Shown here: one piece after another, positions 37,601 through 50,474 of the stretch
Numbering within the stretch: position 1 is the first letter of the stretch
How the letters are laid out: each line of letters starts with the position of its first letter
Assembly: GCA_030324005.1 (NCBI GenBank)
Contig: JARDVH010000001.1
Span: 93,748,227-93,812,226 of the forward strand
Reading direction: 5' to 3'
Origin: Negaprion brevirostris
Lineage: Eukaryota
Length of the DNA stretch: 64,000 bases
Translations under genes and position numbers: made by a program
Notes under the pieces: model-generated
Told to the model about the DNA's origin: nothing
Seen by the model: the letters and a program-made list of their open reading frames with translations, nothing else
Database searches by the model: none

Positions 37601-38960
37601 CTCTGTTGCAGATACCATAGGGCAACCTCCAACCTCTGGATCTCCATTGTTCTCTCCACTACCTCCTGTTCACTGTACATGCATGATTGCAATATTCCTG
37701 TGCAGAATAGTGTTATCAACTATGGTGACAGCTGGTAGGTGTTATTGCTCAGAGTCCATCTATTTATTTGATCCTCTTTGAATGGCAAAGGATATAAACA
37801 TCCTGGCAGATTCTTCGTTGCGCCTTGCATTGAGATGCAGAGTCCTTTATGGGCATCATAGGCTAACTTAAGTGTAATTTCTTCCTATAATGAATGTTGC
37901 CGGTTCCCTGCTAAAGTAGGTTCAATCGATAGCCTATATCCCAGGGAACACAGCCAGTTTGTAATCATTGCTCTGCAAGGGATATGCCATACTGGCTGAA
38001 AACGGCTGCCCTGTCACCTGTTGAATGTAGGCTCTTGCAGCTTCTGGACAGTATTGTAAAGTGGGTGATTGGAACTATCTGGAGCTATAAAAATGGAAAG
38101 CCATAGTGATGATATCTCGCAAAAAGTCTGTGGCTTTCTTTCTTCCTGAAGAATTTCACACGTGGCCACATACATTGCCACTCCAAGGTCCTGATATAAC
38201 CTTCAAACCCATTAGTACACACTCAGGACATTGGGGATGCCTTACTCCACTGTTTCTCATTCTTTACATCATTTGTTTTAAAAAGCTGAATTGAAGAATG
38301 CTGATGAGACATGCCATTGCAGCTCCTTTATCCAATTGACCATTGGAAGAAGTGAAAAATATTGGGCTGAGAAAATCTGATGTCTCTGGGCAGAAACATT
38401 GAGATGGAAAAAGTTGCTGCTGTGCCAAAATGAAGCTGTTTGAAAATTCGCCAAGAGTCACAAAATATATTAACATCAGATGTCCTCTGATGATCCTTCA
38501 CCCAGTTTCCTCTGCAGTCACCAGAAAACCAGACAAAATCTGGAAAATCCCCACAAGTTGCTCTCTTGCATGCAAGCAAAGCTCTATTATTCACTAGAAA
38601 GTTAGATGTAGTGCAAAAGATCAAAACAGCTGGCATATTTAAAACCAGCACAAGTTGTCTTTGGTGCTNNNNNNNNNNNNNNNNNNNNNNNNNNNNNNNN
38701 NNNNNNNNNNNNNNNNNNNNNNNNNNNNNNNNNNNNNNNNNNNNNNNNNNNNNNNNNNNNNNNNNNNNNNNNNNNNNNNNNNNNNNNNNNNNNNNNNNNN
38801 NGCTGCCAGAACTGCTTAGTTTTTCCAGCATTTTCTGTTTTTAATTAATGTGTATGTGGATAGAAGGAAATGAAATTTGCTCTTGTATGCGGTAATAATT
38901 GAAATGAACACTTGTTTTATATTGTACATTTCCATTAATATATAACATTAATCCTTTTAG

Positions 38961-39212
38961 ACCTTCCTCAGAACTGTGATCGCAACATTCCTCTAGTTGC
39001 TCAGGAAATAATGAAAAGAATGATTCGTCAATTTGCAATTGAATATATATCCAGAAGTAATCATGTTCATGAAAATCAGACTGGATCGACCGATGAATCT
39101 GTTTCAGTCCCAAATGATCCTCCTGCCAAGCAAACTCAGAACTTTCACCAGGAGCAGGAGGGACCCCTAGACCTCACTGTGAATAAAAATCAACCGAAAA
39201 ATTTTCAACAAG
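38961..39212 (+). CDS. LCORL: LCORL coding exon (human exon 5 equivalent), contains the PLDLT CtBP-binding motif
   Basis: ccttttAG|AC CTT CCT...CAA CAA G|GTaatc; 252 nt; encodes DLPQNCDRNIPLVAQEIMKRMIRQFAIEYISRS...EQEGPLDLTVNKNQPKNFQQ; overlaps ORF 39011..39286. Confidence 0.96.
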
Positions 39213-40779
39213 GTAATCAGATTTCTTTTCTAATAATTGAGTGTTTCAGATTTCAGTATGTGTGCACATGTAAATATAGTTATTGAGGAAAGACTGTAAC
39301 AGTATGTTACCATGATATTAATTTTATCATTGGAACCTGGATTCATTGCCAGCTCAGAAATAATGTAATGAAAATCAGTGACATAACCTAATTCTAAGTA
39401 AGTGCAAGCAACAAATTGACAGCCATACTCACTTTAAATATATAATTAATTAAAAGTGGAATAAAATATGATACGGTCAGTATTGGTTCGCAGTCAGGTC
39501 AGTTCATGGCACGTTTTAAAGTGGGATGACTTTCTCTGTGGTTGCTGATTTTAGAGTGCACCAGTGAAAATGTTTTTTTAAAATGGATAGGAATATTGTT
39601 AGCAAAGCCAGCTTTTGTTGTTCATTCCTAATGGGGACAATTGCTATCCATGTACTGTAGGTACACAGTGGTACTGTAGCATAACAAAACTAGAAAATGG
39701 ATTCTACTCCCCATAACACTGCAGCCATTCTCATCTATTGTAACTTCTACTAGCATGACAAGAACATTTGTGCATGTGCATTTGATCCACGCTGCAGGTA
39801 CCAGCACATGTACAGCTGTTGGGACAGGGTGGAATTTTTCCATGTCTTACTACGTGAAATCTTGTTTTTTAACACTGCCTATTTACATCACCATTAAGTG
39901 AGTGTTTAGCATTGTGATTGACAATTAACATATTCTTAAAGCTCTGCAGTGGTACCCAGGTAGAGAAACAGCTGCAGCTTTAGAGGGGTCACCTCACTTC
40001 CATATACATCACTAATTGACTTGCTACAATCCATAATAAATCAGATCATTGAAAATAAACAAAATAAATTAGTTAATTTAAATATTGTTTCCTGCCCAGT
40101 GTGTTAAGGGAACCCCTTGTGTTTCCCAATTATTTCAGATGGATGATAATGAGACTTTGAATCATTGTTTTGAATCTTGTAAATTTCTTAGAAGTGTTTT
40201 ATACTTCTATGGGTTTTTGCCATTAAAAAATTGCAACTAATTCTCCATAGTCTTAAGTTCATTGGAAGCTGGGCGTCTCATTTATTGAAATTTCTTCTTT
40301 TTTTTACACATATATTTATTTTATACATTCACAGAATTTTCAGAAGCATGTTTTACGGAGGGAACAGTTGATAAATGATAGGTAAAATAGGTATCAGAAT
40401 TTGTATTTGATGAAGAACTGTGCAGACCCAAAAATTGCTAATTTGAATTTTATCTTTAACTTCAAGCCAGCTTGTTTGTTTTAATGCAGCAGCCAATACT
40501 CTGACACAGTGTGTGCAGGAAATACTCCTCCTGGTATCATGGCATAATTAAACATCCTGTCTCACCAACATACAAAATATATCTTTAGATTTTTATAAAA
40601 TTAACCTGTCCTTGCATTTCTTTTATGCAAGTTGTTATCCAAACTTCATGTACAAACTGAAAAACAGGAGCATATTCTGTAATAAGCAACTTGATTATTC
40701 AGAATTCTGTGAATCTTAGAGCATGATCACTACAGCACAGAAGGAGAACACTCATACTGTCATGTCCATGTTGGTTCTT

Positions 40780-42065
40780 CACACGAGACTTTGCAAAGAC
40801 TGGCAGCCAACACTGAAGTGGAATCCTAAAGTCTTTCTATAGGCATATAAACAGTAAAAGTAGTAGGGCCAATTAGGCATCAGAAAAGGAATTTGCACAT
40901 GGAAGCGGGGGGACTGGCTAAGATCAAGCCCAAGATGGGGTGCAATACCTTATCTTGTCTGCTTTTATCTTGTTTGTCCCTCTTGAGGGGACCATGAATT
41001 GGATTCCATTTGAATTTGGTTTTTTGTAACAAGTAAAAATGAATTAAAAACAAAAAATTAAATCAATACTTTGCATCTGGCTTTATCAAGGAGGTTGATG
41101 GAGACCAATGAAGAAAATCTGTCCCTAAAGGGCTCAAAGTTGATATGGTGGAAGTGTTGAATTGAAAGTTGACAAGGCAGGATGAGATGTTCCCAAGGAT
41201 GTTGAAGGAAGTGAGAATGGAACTGCAGGGGTGTTGGCAATCTTTGTCTCCTTTAGATTCAAGAGATTCCAGAGGATTGTCAAGTTGCAAATGTTATGTA
41301 TGCCCTTTTTCAAAAAAGAGAGAGCCCCAGCAGTGGAGTGGGCAAATAAATGGCCGATGAAGTTCAATGCGGAGGAGTGTGAGGTGATGCATTTTGATGA
41401 GAAGAACATGGAGATACAATACAAAATAAGAGGTAAAATTCTTAAGAGGATGCAGGAGCATAGATTATTGAAGATGGCAGGACAAATGGGGAGAGCAGTT
41501 AATAAAACATGTAGTATCCTAGGCTTTATTAATAGGGCAATAGAATACAAGAGCAGGAGGTTAGACAAGACACCAGTTAGACCTTAGCTGGAGTATTTTG
41601 TACAGTCCTCAGTGCAATAATGTAGGAAAGATGTGAGCGTATAGGAGAATGGTTCTGTGGATGTAGCACTTGGTTATGAGGGTAGGTTGGGGAGGTTCGC
41701 ATTGTTCTCCTTGCAGAGAAGAACACCAAGAGGAGATTTGATTGAAATGTTCGAAATAAAGGGGCTGGACAGAGTAGAAAGGGAGAAACTGTTCCCCCTT
41801 GTAAAAGGTTCAAGAATGAGCAGGTGCAGAATTAAAATGATTTATAAAAGAAGCAAATGTGATGAGGGAAAAAAAAAATTTTCACACAATGAATTGTTTG
41901 GGTCTGGAATGCACTGTCTGGAAACTTAGTGGAGGCAAGTTCAATGGAGACATTCAAGATTTCATTAGATGATTTGAATAGAAACAATATGCAGGCGAAT
42001 GGCACTGAGTCATAATGCTCATTTAGAGAACTGGTGCAGACATGGGAGGGCTGAATGGCCTGCAC
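40780..42065 (+). mobile_element. Decayed, internally deleted CR1 LINE
   Basis: ORFs 41231..41587 (VEWANKWPMKFNAEECEVMHF...ILGFINRAIEYKS) and 41657..41929 (YEGRLGRFALFSLQRRTPRGDLIEMF...GLDRVEREKLFP); tail GGGCTGAATGGCCT. Confidence 0.85.
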
Positions 42066-44139
42066 CGGAACTAGTTTGTGATAATACTCAATGTAGTAAA
42101 AGACAAATGTGCTATTTTTGTGACTTTTAACTTGTTTTGTATTGTTCTGATAAGCTTTAGTTCAAACCAATAAGAGTGATTTGCTTTAAAACACACTCAA
42201 CTGGCTAATTTCTCTGTCAAATTCTAGATATGGAATTAGATGGTCAAAATGAATGGTGGAGAAAGACTTGAAGGGCCAAATGGCCTAGTTCTGCTTTTTT
42301 CTATGTTTCGATAAATTGTGTAAGCTTTCTAAATTTAATTTACTGTATCTTGCTTACCTAAGAATGGTGCACTGTCTGATAGCTGATTGTAGTCAGTTTT
42401 CCTTAAAATCCCTCGCAGGTGCCCTGATATCAGAAGTTGAATGTGTTTACAGGCCAAAGGCTGGGAGTTTATACTGCAGGCTGCAGTATAAACTGTCTGC
42501 ACCTGAATATAAAGTGTCAGTGATCTAGGAATGGAATGAACCATTGTGGCTAATTTTTGTTAAGATACAAACTGTCAGATTTATACTATTATACTATTGA
42601 TGATTCAGCATATTTTAGGCCTAACACTGAAGATGCAAGCAATGATTTTTGATTACATTCTAGTCAGAAGTATGGAGCATAGATGTCTCAAACTTCAGTA
42701 TTTTAATACAATTACATTGAAGTTTGTGTAGTCCTGATCCCCAAAAGTAACATTTATGGAGCTTAGCTTAAGCATGCAAGTCTCTTGAATCAAAATACCT
42801 ATGTATATATTGTTATGCATTTGGGTTGTGTGTTTAGACAGTCATGCTTTCTCACTGCCTGAACAATCAATTTTAGCACATTGCTGAACTTTACATCAAC
42901 CCCTACAGAAGAAATAACTTGAAATGCTATCATGTCAACTAATATATTTTCATTTTCACCCTACTTAGCGCAACATTTTTTTTGTTTCAGTTGTTAAATC
43001 CTAAATGAAGTGCAGCAGAGTACCTACTGCTTTGTGGAGCTCACACCACTTGTGTGTATGCATTAAGCACCCTGTACAGTACAATTTGTAACATGTGGTC
43101 TGAGTCAATAATTAGTACGGTCAAGGTAATTTCTGAAGCTAAGATCACATGGGAGGATAAAAAAGAGAAATTAAGTTGAAGGATCTTTTTGAATGCTCGG
43201 TTGGCGTAGTATTTCATTTGTGTGAGGTAGAAGGAACACTAGAATCCGTTGCTTTTATGATCAGCCTAGTCCTTTGGCTATGAATCTCACTATTATAGCC
43301 TCTTATCCTTGTGTCTTTCTAATTTCAGGTGCAGCCAGTGAATTATTTTCTCTACCATGACATCTATCCCATCTTTGTTTGGTGTCAGATTGTACTAGAG
43401 TTGAGAGATGCATTTGTTCATTATTTGAAGTGAAAAATGATGAGCCTGCAAATGTTACTAGTGAGTTAAGTATGCATAGGATAAGTTCGTGCTGATGTTT
43501 AAGCCATTTTTGGCTCTGGTAGTCTTTAAAACCTTTGCCCAGAAGTGGCTGGAGATGTGAGTAACTATTCATTTGGCTGAATTTATTTTTGAATTTAGTA
43601 GCAAAATATATGCAATGAAGAAAGTTGACCAGGCTCTCTGTGCTGTGGATGACGTCATGAAAAACAGTTGATGCTTCCTCCTTTGCGTCCCTGGCAGTGG
43701 ATGGTCTAAGATTTATTTTGGCTTTTATATATTGATATGGAGGAAAGTAGAATAAATCTGATTGCAAGAAGAGCCAGTTATAATGGGAGTTGTATGATTC
43801 CTTGGAAGCAACAGATAAGGTTCCAATGATAGCAATGCTTTGGGGCAGCTTTAGAAATTTTGTTGGGGGTAAAGAATTATCAGTGACCTGCTGGGGAAAA
43901 ATAAACATGTGATTCTTCATGGTTGCAGTTTATTTTGATGCTTTTGAGGTAGATGATAAGCCAGAATATTGCAAAAGATTGAAGGAACCAGATGGCTTAG
44001 TCTTGTTTCTATTTCCCATAGAAAGCGAAAAACCAGGATGTGCACTGTGATTAGTCAGGCACTGATTGTCTTCATTCCTAATCAACAAATTTTGTGCCTG
44101 CCCCTGCAACTTCCACCAACTCCGCCTCTTCCCCCAAAT

Positions 44140-44700
44140 AGTACTTCTATTTTCAGTTTACTGTACTGTATTTGCTACTGCCAATGTGGTCTCCTCTACA
44201 ATGGGGGGGATCAAATACATACCTTTCTGTCCTTATACTGATGTGGTGTTCCAGTGAAGCTTGGAACACGCACCTCCTCAGTTGGCTCAGCGCTTTAAAG
44301 TCTTTTGGTCTCAGCATTCAGTTCAATAACTTTTAGATCATAACCTCTTATGTTTCTGGCTTCTTGCTTTTTTTCCTCCTAATTTCTCTTTTTCCTTCAC
44401 TTCATGTTCAGACAGCAGCTATCCTACCATTCACACCTTATTTCTAACATTACAACACAATGGTTACACTTCAAAAAGATTTTATTTCACTGGCTGTGAA
44501 GCACTTTGAGATATCTCATGGTTGTGAAAAGTGCAAGACTTTGTTTTTTCTTAGTTTTCTGATTACCATTTACTTTGCCCTTGCAATATGAAAGCTTTTG
44601 GTCATTTAAATTCTTCTGCCCTCCACCCTATCAGAAATTTGTTTGTCTTCCCATCCACAGAGGCTGACCTGAGTAATTCCAACATTTTCTGGGGTTTTTT
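44140..44700 (+). mobile_element. Penelope-like element remnant with GIY-YIG endonuclease fragment and 3' end
   Basis: ORF 43969..44241 STSIFSLLYCICYCQCGLLYNG resembles PLE motif TCxSxNLVYCIxCxxCGLLYIGET; ends CCACAGAGGCTGACCTGAGTAATTCCAACATTTTCTG. Confidence 0.55.
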
Positions 44701-44859
44701 TCTTCCTTAATTATTTACTCTTCCTGGCCATATATAAGTTTCTTGAAATAACTATTTAATATTCTTTAAAACCAATTATGATTTATTTCTTAATTGGGTG
44801 GTTAGGTCTCCTAATGTTCACGTGTTATTTTCACTTTGTCAGCCATATTATGTTTGAAA

Positions 44860-45195
44860 TAGAATGAAGTTGAAGATATCAATGGAATGGCCAGAGAAGT
44901 ACAAATCTGAATTCCATTCAGAGAAATGAGGGGTAATACATGTTAGGGAAAACAAGTGAATAGGTAATACTTGGTAGGGTACTGAAGAGTGTTGAGGAGC
45001 AGAGGAAACTTAGAATGCGTGTCCATAATCCGTGAAGGTAGCAGGTGATGAGGTGGTTAAGATGGCATATGGGATAATTTTCTTGATTAGCCAAGATAGA
45101 AGAGCAGGAAAGTTATGCTAGAACTGTATTAAACACAGATGTGACCATAGCTAGAGTATTGTGTACAGTTCTGGTCATTACATTGGAGAAGGGAT
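44860..45195 (+). mobile_element. Decayed CR1 LINE fragment
   Basis: GAAAGTTATGCTAGAACTGTATTAAACAC...CTAGAGTATTGTGTACAGTTCTGGTC encodes VMLELY...LEYCVQFW. Confidence 0.7.
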
Positions 45196-47084
45196 TTTTC
45201 TAATGGGATGTGAACATTCCTCACAAGGCCAATGTTTGTTGCCTGTCCCTAATTGCCCTTGAGTGTGGTGATAAGCCATCTCTATCTGAATACAACTGAG
45301 TACCTTGCTAGGAGGCATTTTGGAGGGCAGTGAAGAATCAACCACATTTTCTGTGGGTCTGATGTCATATGTAGGCCAAACTGGGTAAGGATGACAAATT
45401 TACCTTCCTGAAGGACATTAGTGAGCCAGATGAGTTTTATTTTGCGACAATTAATAGTGACATGGTCACCTTTTACTGAGACTAGCTATTATATTCCTGA
45501 TTTGTTAATTGAATTTAAATTTCCTTTAGCTGCCCTGGTGAGATTAAAACATGTCGACCCCGTCCCTCTCCCCCCGCCCCCCGGTCTTCCTCTCCCTCTC
45601 CCCCTCCCCACCTAGATCATTAGCTTGGACCCTTAGATTATTAGTACAGTGACGTTACCATAATCCAGTGATCTTCCCTGAGGATGTACTGAAAAGGTTT
45701 ACAAGGGTGTTGTAAGGAATGGATTATGTAGAATACACTTCACAGGATATACTTCACTCAAACCAGTCATTCAGTTGAACCAGTCCATGCTAGTATTATA
45801 CTCCACTTGAGCCTTGCCCATCTTATCTAAATGTGCCATTGGAACTTTCTCCTCTCTCCTCCATATGCTTGTCTAGTTTTCCTTTCAAAAGCATCAATAC
45901 TATTCATTTCAACTGCTCCATGTGGTCAGGTTTCGCATTATTACCACTCTTCAGGTAAAGAGGTTTCTTCTGAAATACTCATTGGATTTCTTGGCAAGTA
46001 TCTTCTATTGATTAGCTTTAGTTGTGCTCTTCTCTGCTAAAGAAAATATGCTTTTATGCATGCTATAAAATCCCTTTCATTACTTATTGCTCATCTATTC
46101 AATATTATATCTACCTGACAGAACAGGTAAACACTGAAGTAAAATAATTTTTAATATTTTTGCCACCTTTTCGATTACCAGTATTATCCTGTATTTCTCT
46201 AATGGCCTTATTCCCATCATAGCCTTCCCTTTTTATCTGATGTATTTGTAAAATGTTTTGTTCCTTGATGATTTATTTTCATAGTTTCTCTTTGCCTTCC
46301 TTTTTTTCTTTAACTTTTTTCTTAATCTGTTATGAATCCCTCTTTTGTCCGTGTACTTAATGCGTGCCTCTTTTCTAACTTTCAGTTGTTCCTTTTTCTT
46401 CATTCATCAACGGATTCTCTCTTTTCTGTTTAGTTTTACTTTCTTTTTAGTAGAACATATTTTGCCTGTATTCTGAGCAGAGTTTTAATTATTTCCCTGT
46501 TTTTCTGTGTTTGCAAATATTTTTGCCCATTTATTTTCCCAAGTTCTATTCTAAGCCTCTCAAAATGAACTTTTCTCCCATCTATTAAATTATTGATAGT
46601 TTTCTCATAACCTTGTCCTTCTCTAGAATCATCTTAGTATGTTTGATTTTAGTCACTACTGCCTAAATGTTCTCTATTTCTACTTATCTGATGTGCTTTG
46701 GATTGTTCCCCATTGCAAGATCCAAAAGCAAATCTTCCTTTGTACGCTTTTTATATATTTGTTTGAAAAGAAGTCCCGAATGCACTGTGTAGGAACCCTT
46801 TTCTTTTACCCATGTCCTGGACAGTTGTCAGGGTAGTTTAAAATCCACAGTTTTTATTTAATTTCCTTAGTTTGTCTGCATGTTTTCATTCTCCACCTCC
46901 CTTCCACTGTTAGGTAACCTGTGGATGAACCAGTTAATGCAATTAATTTTTTTGGATGCTATTTTCGTCTTGTTGATAGCTGTATTCCCTTCTCCTACTG
47001 CCGTTATGTGCATAGCTCGGCCACCTCCTCTATTTCTTCTCTATCCTGTTTAAATACGCTATTTCCTGCAGTGTTTAATTCAAA

Positions 47085-47500
47085 ACTGAGTTGTGAGGAA
47101 AGATTGGATAGGCTGGGATCCTTTTCCTTGGAACATAGGAGGCTGAGGGGCGATGTAATTTGGATATAAAGTTAAGGGCCTAGGTATTTCATTAGCAAAT
47201 AGGTCAGTAATGACAGAGTAGATTTAAAGTTATCGGGGGGGGGTGGGGTGCGATGGAATTGAGTGGTGGGGGGCGGGGGTTGCAGGGCAGCGTTGGAGAG
47301 AAATTCTTTGCTCAGAATGTGGTGAAACTCGGTGCCTAAAAGAGGTAGTAGGGGCAAAAACCTTGTCCTGTTTAAAATATTTGAATACCCTTGAAGTGAG
47401 TAACCTGTAAGGCCAAGGGCTGGAAAGGAGAATTAAGTTTGATAACTTTGTGCTCGTAGACAAGGTGAGTTGAATGGCCATAAATGTTCTGTTTCTGTGA
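47085..47500 (+). mobile_element. CR1 LINE 3' end
   Basis: End of ORF 46921..47169 reads LSCEERLDRLGSFSLEHRRLRGDVI; tail GAGTTGAATGGCC. Confidence 0.75.
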
Positions 47501-48187
47501 AGCTCCATTTTCTGTTGCTATGCGAATCAGAAACGTAATAATATGTTCTATGTATGATGGGAGGGTGACTTTAGTCTGAAATTCTTGACNNNNNNNNNNN
47601 NNNNNNNNNNNNNNNNNNNNNNNNNNNNNNNNNNNNNNNNNNNNNNNNNNNNNNNNNNNNNNNNNNNNNNNNNNNNNNNNNNNNNNNNNTTCTTGACAGG
47701 TGCCTGCATGGTCCTCCATAGTAAGATTTTCTTTTTATCTGCCTGTTAGATGTTTTGGTTTCAGTTTTAAGTGAGAAGTCACTGGGTAAGGGGCAAGTCT
47801 CTTTCTCTTTAAGGTAAAGGGTTAAAGCCAGGTGTTCAGCTCTTTTTTTACCCAGCCAGGCTGGATAATGTGTGAGATCCTTGGGATGCTGATGGAAATT
47901 TGGATCGCCACATGATTAGAGATTAAAAAAAACTAAAATATTATCAAATAAACAAACATTGCAAAGTCTAGAATTTCAAAATTATGAAAATGTATGGGCC
48001 ATTCAAAACATTGAAAGAGGGTTACAACATTTCTGTTTATAATTTGTATTTTGTTAGAAGTTCTGAGCAATAGGTGATGTCTCTTGAGTTATTTGTGAAA
48101 AACAAAATGTTGTTATTTTCTTGACTGAAGGTCAATTGCCTTAAAGGCTTTTGTTAAGGAAAAATTGAACCAAACTTTGTCTGTTAG

Positions 48188-48284
48188 CAGATGGAGTGCT
48201 TGATCTGTCTACAAAGAAGAATAGTATAATTTCCACAATATCAACTGGATCTAGTCCTGCATCAACCACTATCAAATTATCAGG
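48188..48284 (+). CDS. LCORL: LCORL coding exon (human exon 6 equivalent), contains the VLDLS CtBP-type motif; start may be 48188 or 48191
   Basis: ctgtTAG|CAG|ATGGAGTG...TCA GG|GTaagt; encodes (A)DGVLDLSTKKNSIISTISTGSSPASTTIKLS(G); DGVLDLSTKK is shared with human LCOR and LCORL. Confidence 0.93.
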
Positions 48285-50474
48285 GTAAGTATTATCAAAG
48301 AATTAGATTCAAAGGACTTGAGTTTAAAAATTACTTAATTTTGTTTATTTTGTTAAGCCTTGAGAGTAAACATCTTGTCACAGCTGCACTGCATTGTTTT
48401 ATTTTGAATCATCATTCTATCTCCCATGTATGTTACTGTTTTTTTTTAATTTACAGTTTTCATTTTGAAAGGCAGTTGGTCTTAATTTCCATAATTTAAA
48501 ACAGGTTGATAAACAATGTGTTGTCCATTTATTTACATAACCCAGTGGCTGTGGATTGTATTGACATTCTTAATTTGCTGTTGAAGTAAGATTTAATAAG
48601 GTCGGAAATTATAAAGCTGTAAATGTATGGAAACGTATTCTATCTGGGTCAGCGTATCAATTTACATGAAATTTCTTGGACTTTATCTTCCTAATGAAAC
48701 AGTTGTCATTTGGCACATGATCAGTTGATTGTATCTGGCTAAATTTATCCATACCGTATCTGATTGTCAGCAGGATTTAGAAAGTTTTTTTCTATACTTA
48801 TTTTAACACAGCATTGCAAAAAAACAATTCAGTCATTCTGAAAGTAGACTTACAAATACTTGTCAGTAAGAAATTCAGTGAAACAGTTGACTGTTTCTCA
48901 CAATCAACTGTGGGACAGCCAATTCCAGTCAAATTTCTGATTGTTACAGTTTGATATGTAATATTTTCATCTGGTTTTAATGTAATTATTCAATGAGGTT
49001 TAAAATAAACTCGTTCTGCAAGTACAGTTTTCTTGATCTGCAGATATTTTAGCTTCACTACAAAACTTTTAATATCTGAACCATTCCATTCTCTCAAAGA
49101 TGTTCAAAGCTACCGGAGATGCAAAGTTTTTAAGAACTTTTGGCCACGTTTGCTCATTACCACACCTGTTTAGGTTTGCTATAAAAGTTGAAACAATTAT
49201 TGCTAGTGATAATGTAATTAACTTTTTTTAAAAATAGCATTCTGTGATAACTTTTGATTAAACTTCTGACTGACAAGTAAACTTAAATGATATTAAATCT
49301 TTCACCTTGCTTCATTATTATGGGCATTCTGTTCAAAGCAGGGCAAAATATATTGCCAATACATATAACTGCAGAGAATATTAAAAAAAATTTAATTGTA
49401 ATTATCTTTTTTATGACCTGTTCAGAAATATATTCAAGGTTGCATAACTGGTAGTCCTCTACAGAGGTGATTTCTCTTGTTTCAAAAAAATATGCACAGC
49501 AAAATCTGTTTATGGGTTTTTCACACTAGCAAAAGTACTTTAGCAATATGATACTGGTGCATTATCCTTTAGCTTTCTTTTATAGTGCCAGAAGTGTCAA
49601 GTATCAAGGCTGAGTTCTTTAGTTACTTTGGTATAGTGTTTGTGCACATCATTTTTTAAAATCTTTGACTGCAGCTATAGGGCTATCCCCAAGAGTATAG
49701 TATTACGGGATACACCATTGTCTACTACATTAAATAAGTGTTTTGCTTTCTTTAATTTTTTTCTCTCTTTTACATTTTGTATGATTTTTGTTCTGTTTGA
49801 TTTGTTTGCTAATCCTTTTACCCATCTTTATCCTTTGAATTGTTTGTCCTGACCACTTCCATTATGTGTTTCTCTCACTTAACTTATAAAGGAAATGTCT
49901 TGGTTTCATGACAATGGAGGTATTTGCATGTACTCTGCATAGTCACCTTACTTATACCCCAATGCAGGTCATAAAGTGATGTGAATAGACAATGTGAGAG
50001 ACCAAATTTGAAAGTCAGTCAAATGCAACTATGTCAAGCAAGGCTTTTACAGATCAGAATAATGTTTCTGGATTGCAAGGGTCAAAAGGGAGAGAAGCTG
50101 GTGTCTGGAGAGAGAAATAAAAGCAAAAAAATACTGAAAGTATTCGGCAGATTTGGCAGCATTGTGGAGAGAGAAACAGTTAACAGTTTAGATTAATGAC
50201 CTTTCTTCAGAACTCCAGAGAGAAGGAGATATTGGCCAGCCTGGGAACCTGGCAGCGTAGTTGCATAATCAGCAGCTTAGTGTGAAGGTGACCAAGGGAC
50301 ATCTTTGAATCAAGCGAAAGTGGCAAGTATGTTCATATATTAATGGAGTCACTTGCACTCATTTCTTATTAAAGGTGTGGAAATTCTTAACAAATTTATA
50401 TGATACTGGAAGTATTTGAGAAAGCTTATCCTTCCACGTAGATATTCCTTCCAAGTTTAATCGAGGCGGTTTCT

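Noticed and set aside
43303-43920. 205 aa minus-strand ORF, the longest gap-free non-LCORL ORF
   Set aside because: No recognisable motif or splice context, and composition typical of translated AT-rich intron; likely chance.
47582-47697. TTCTTGAC on both sides of a gap (also AAAGACAG around 51871-51970) resembling target-site duplications
   Set aside because: The intervening sequence is 100 Ns. This could be contig-end overlap or an unassembled insertion, so no element can be called.
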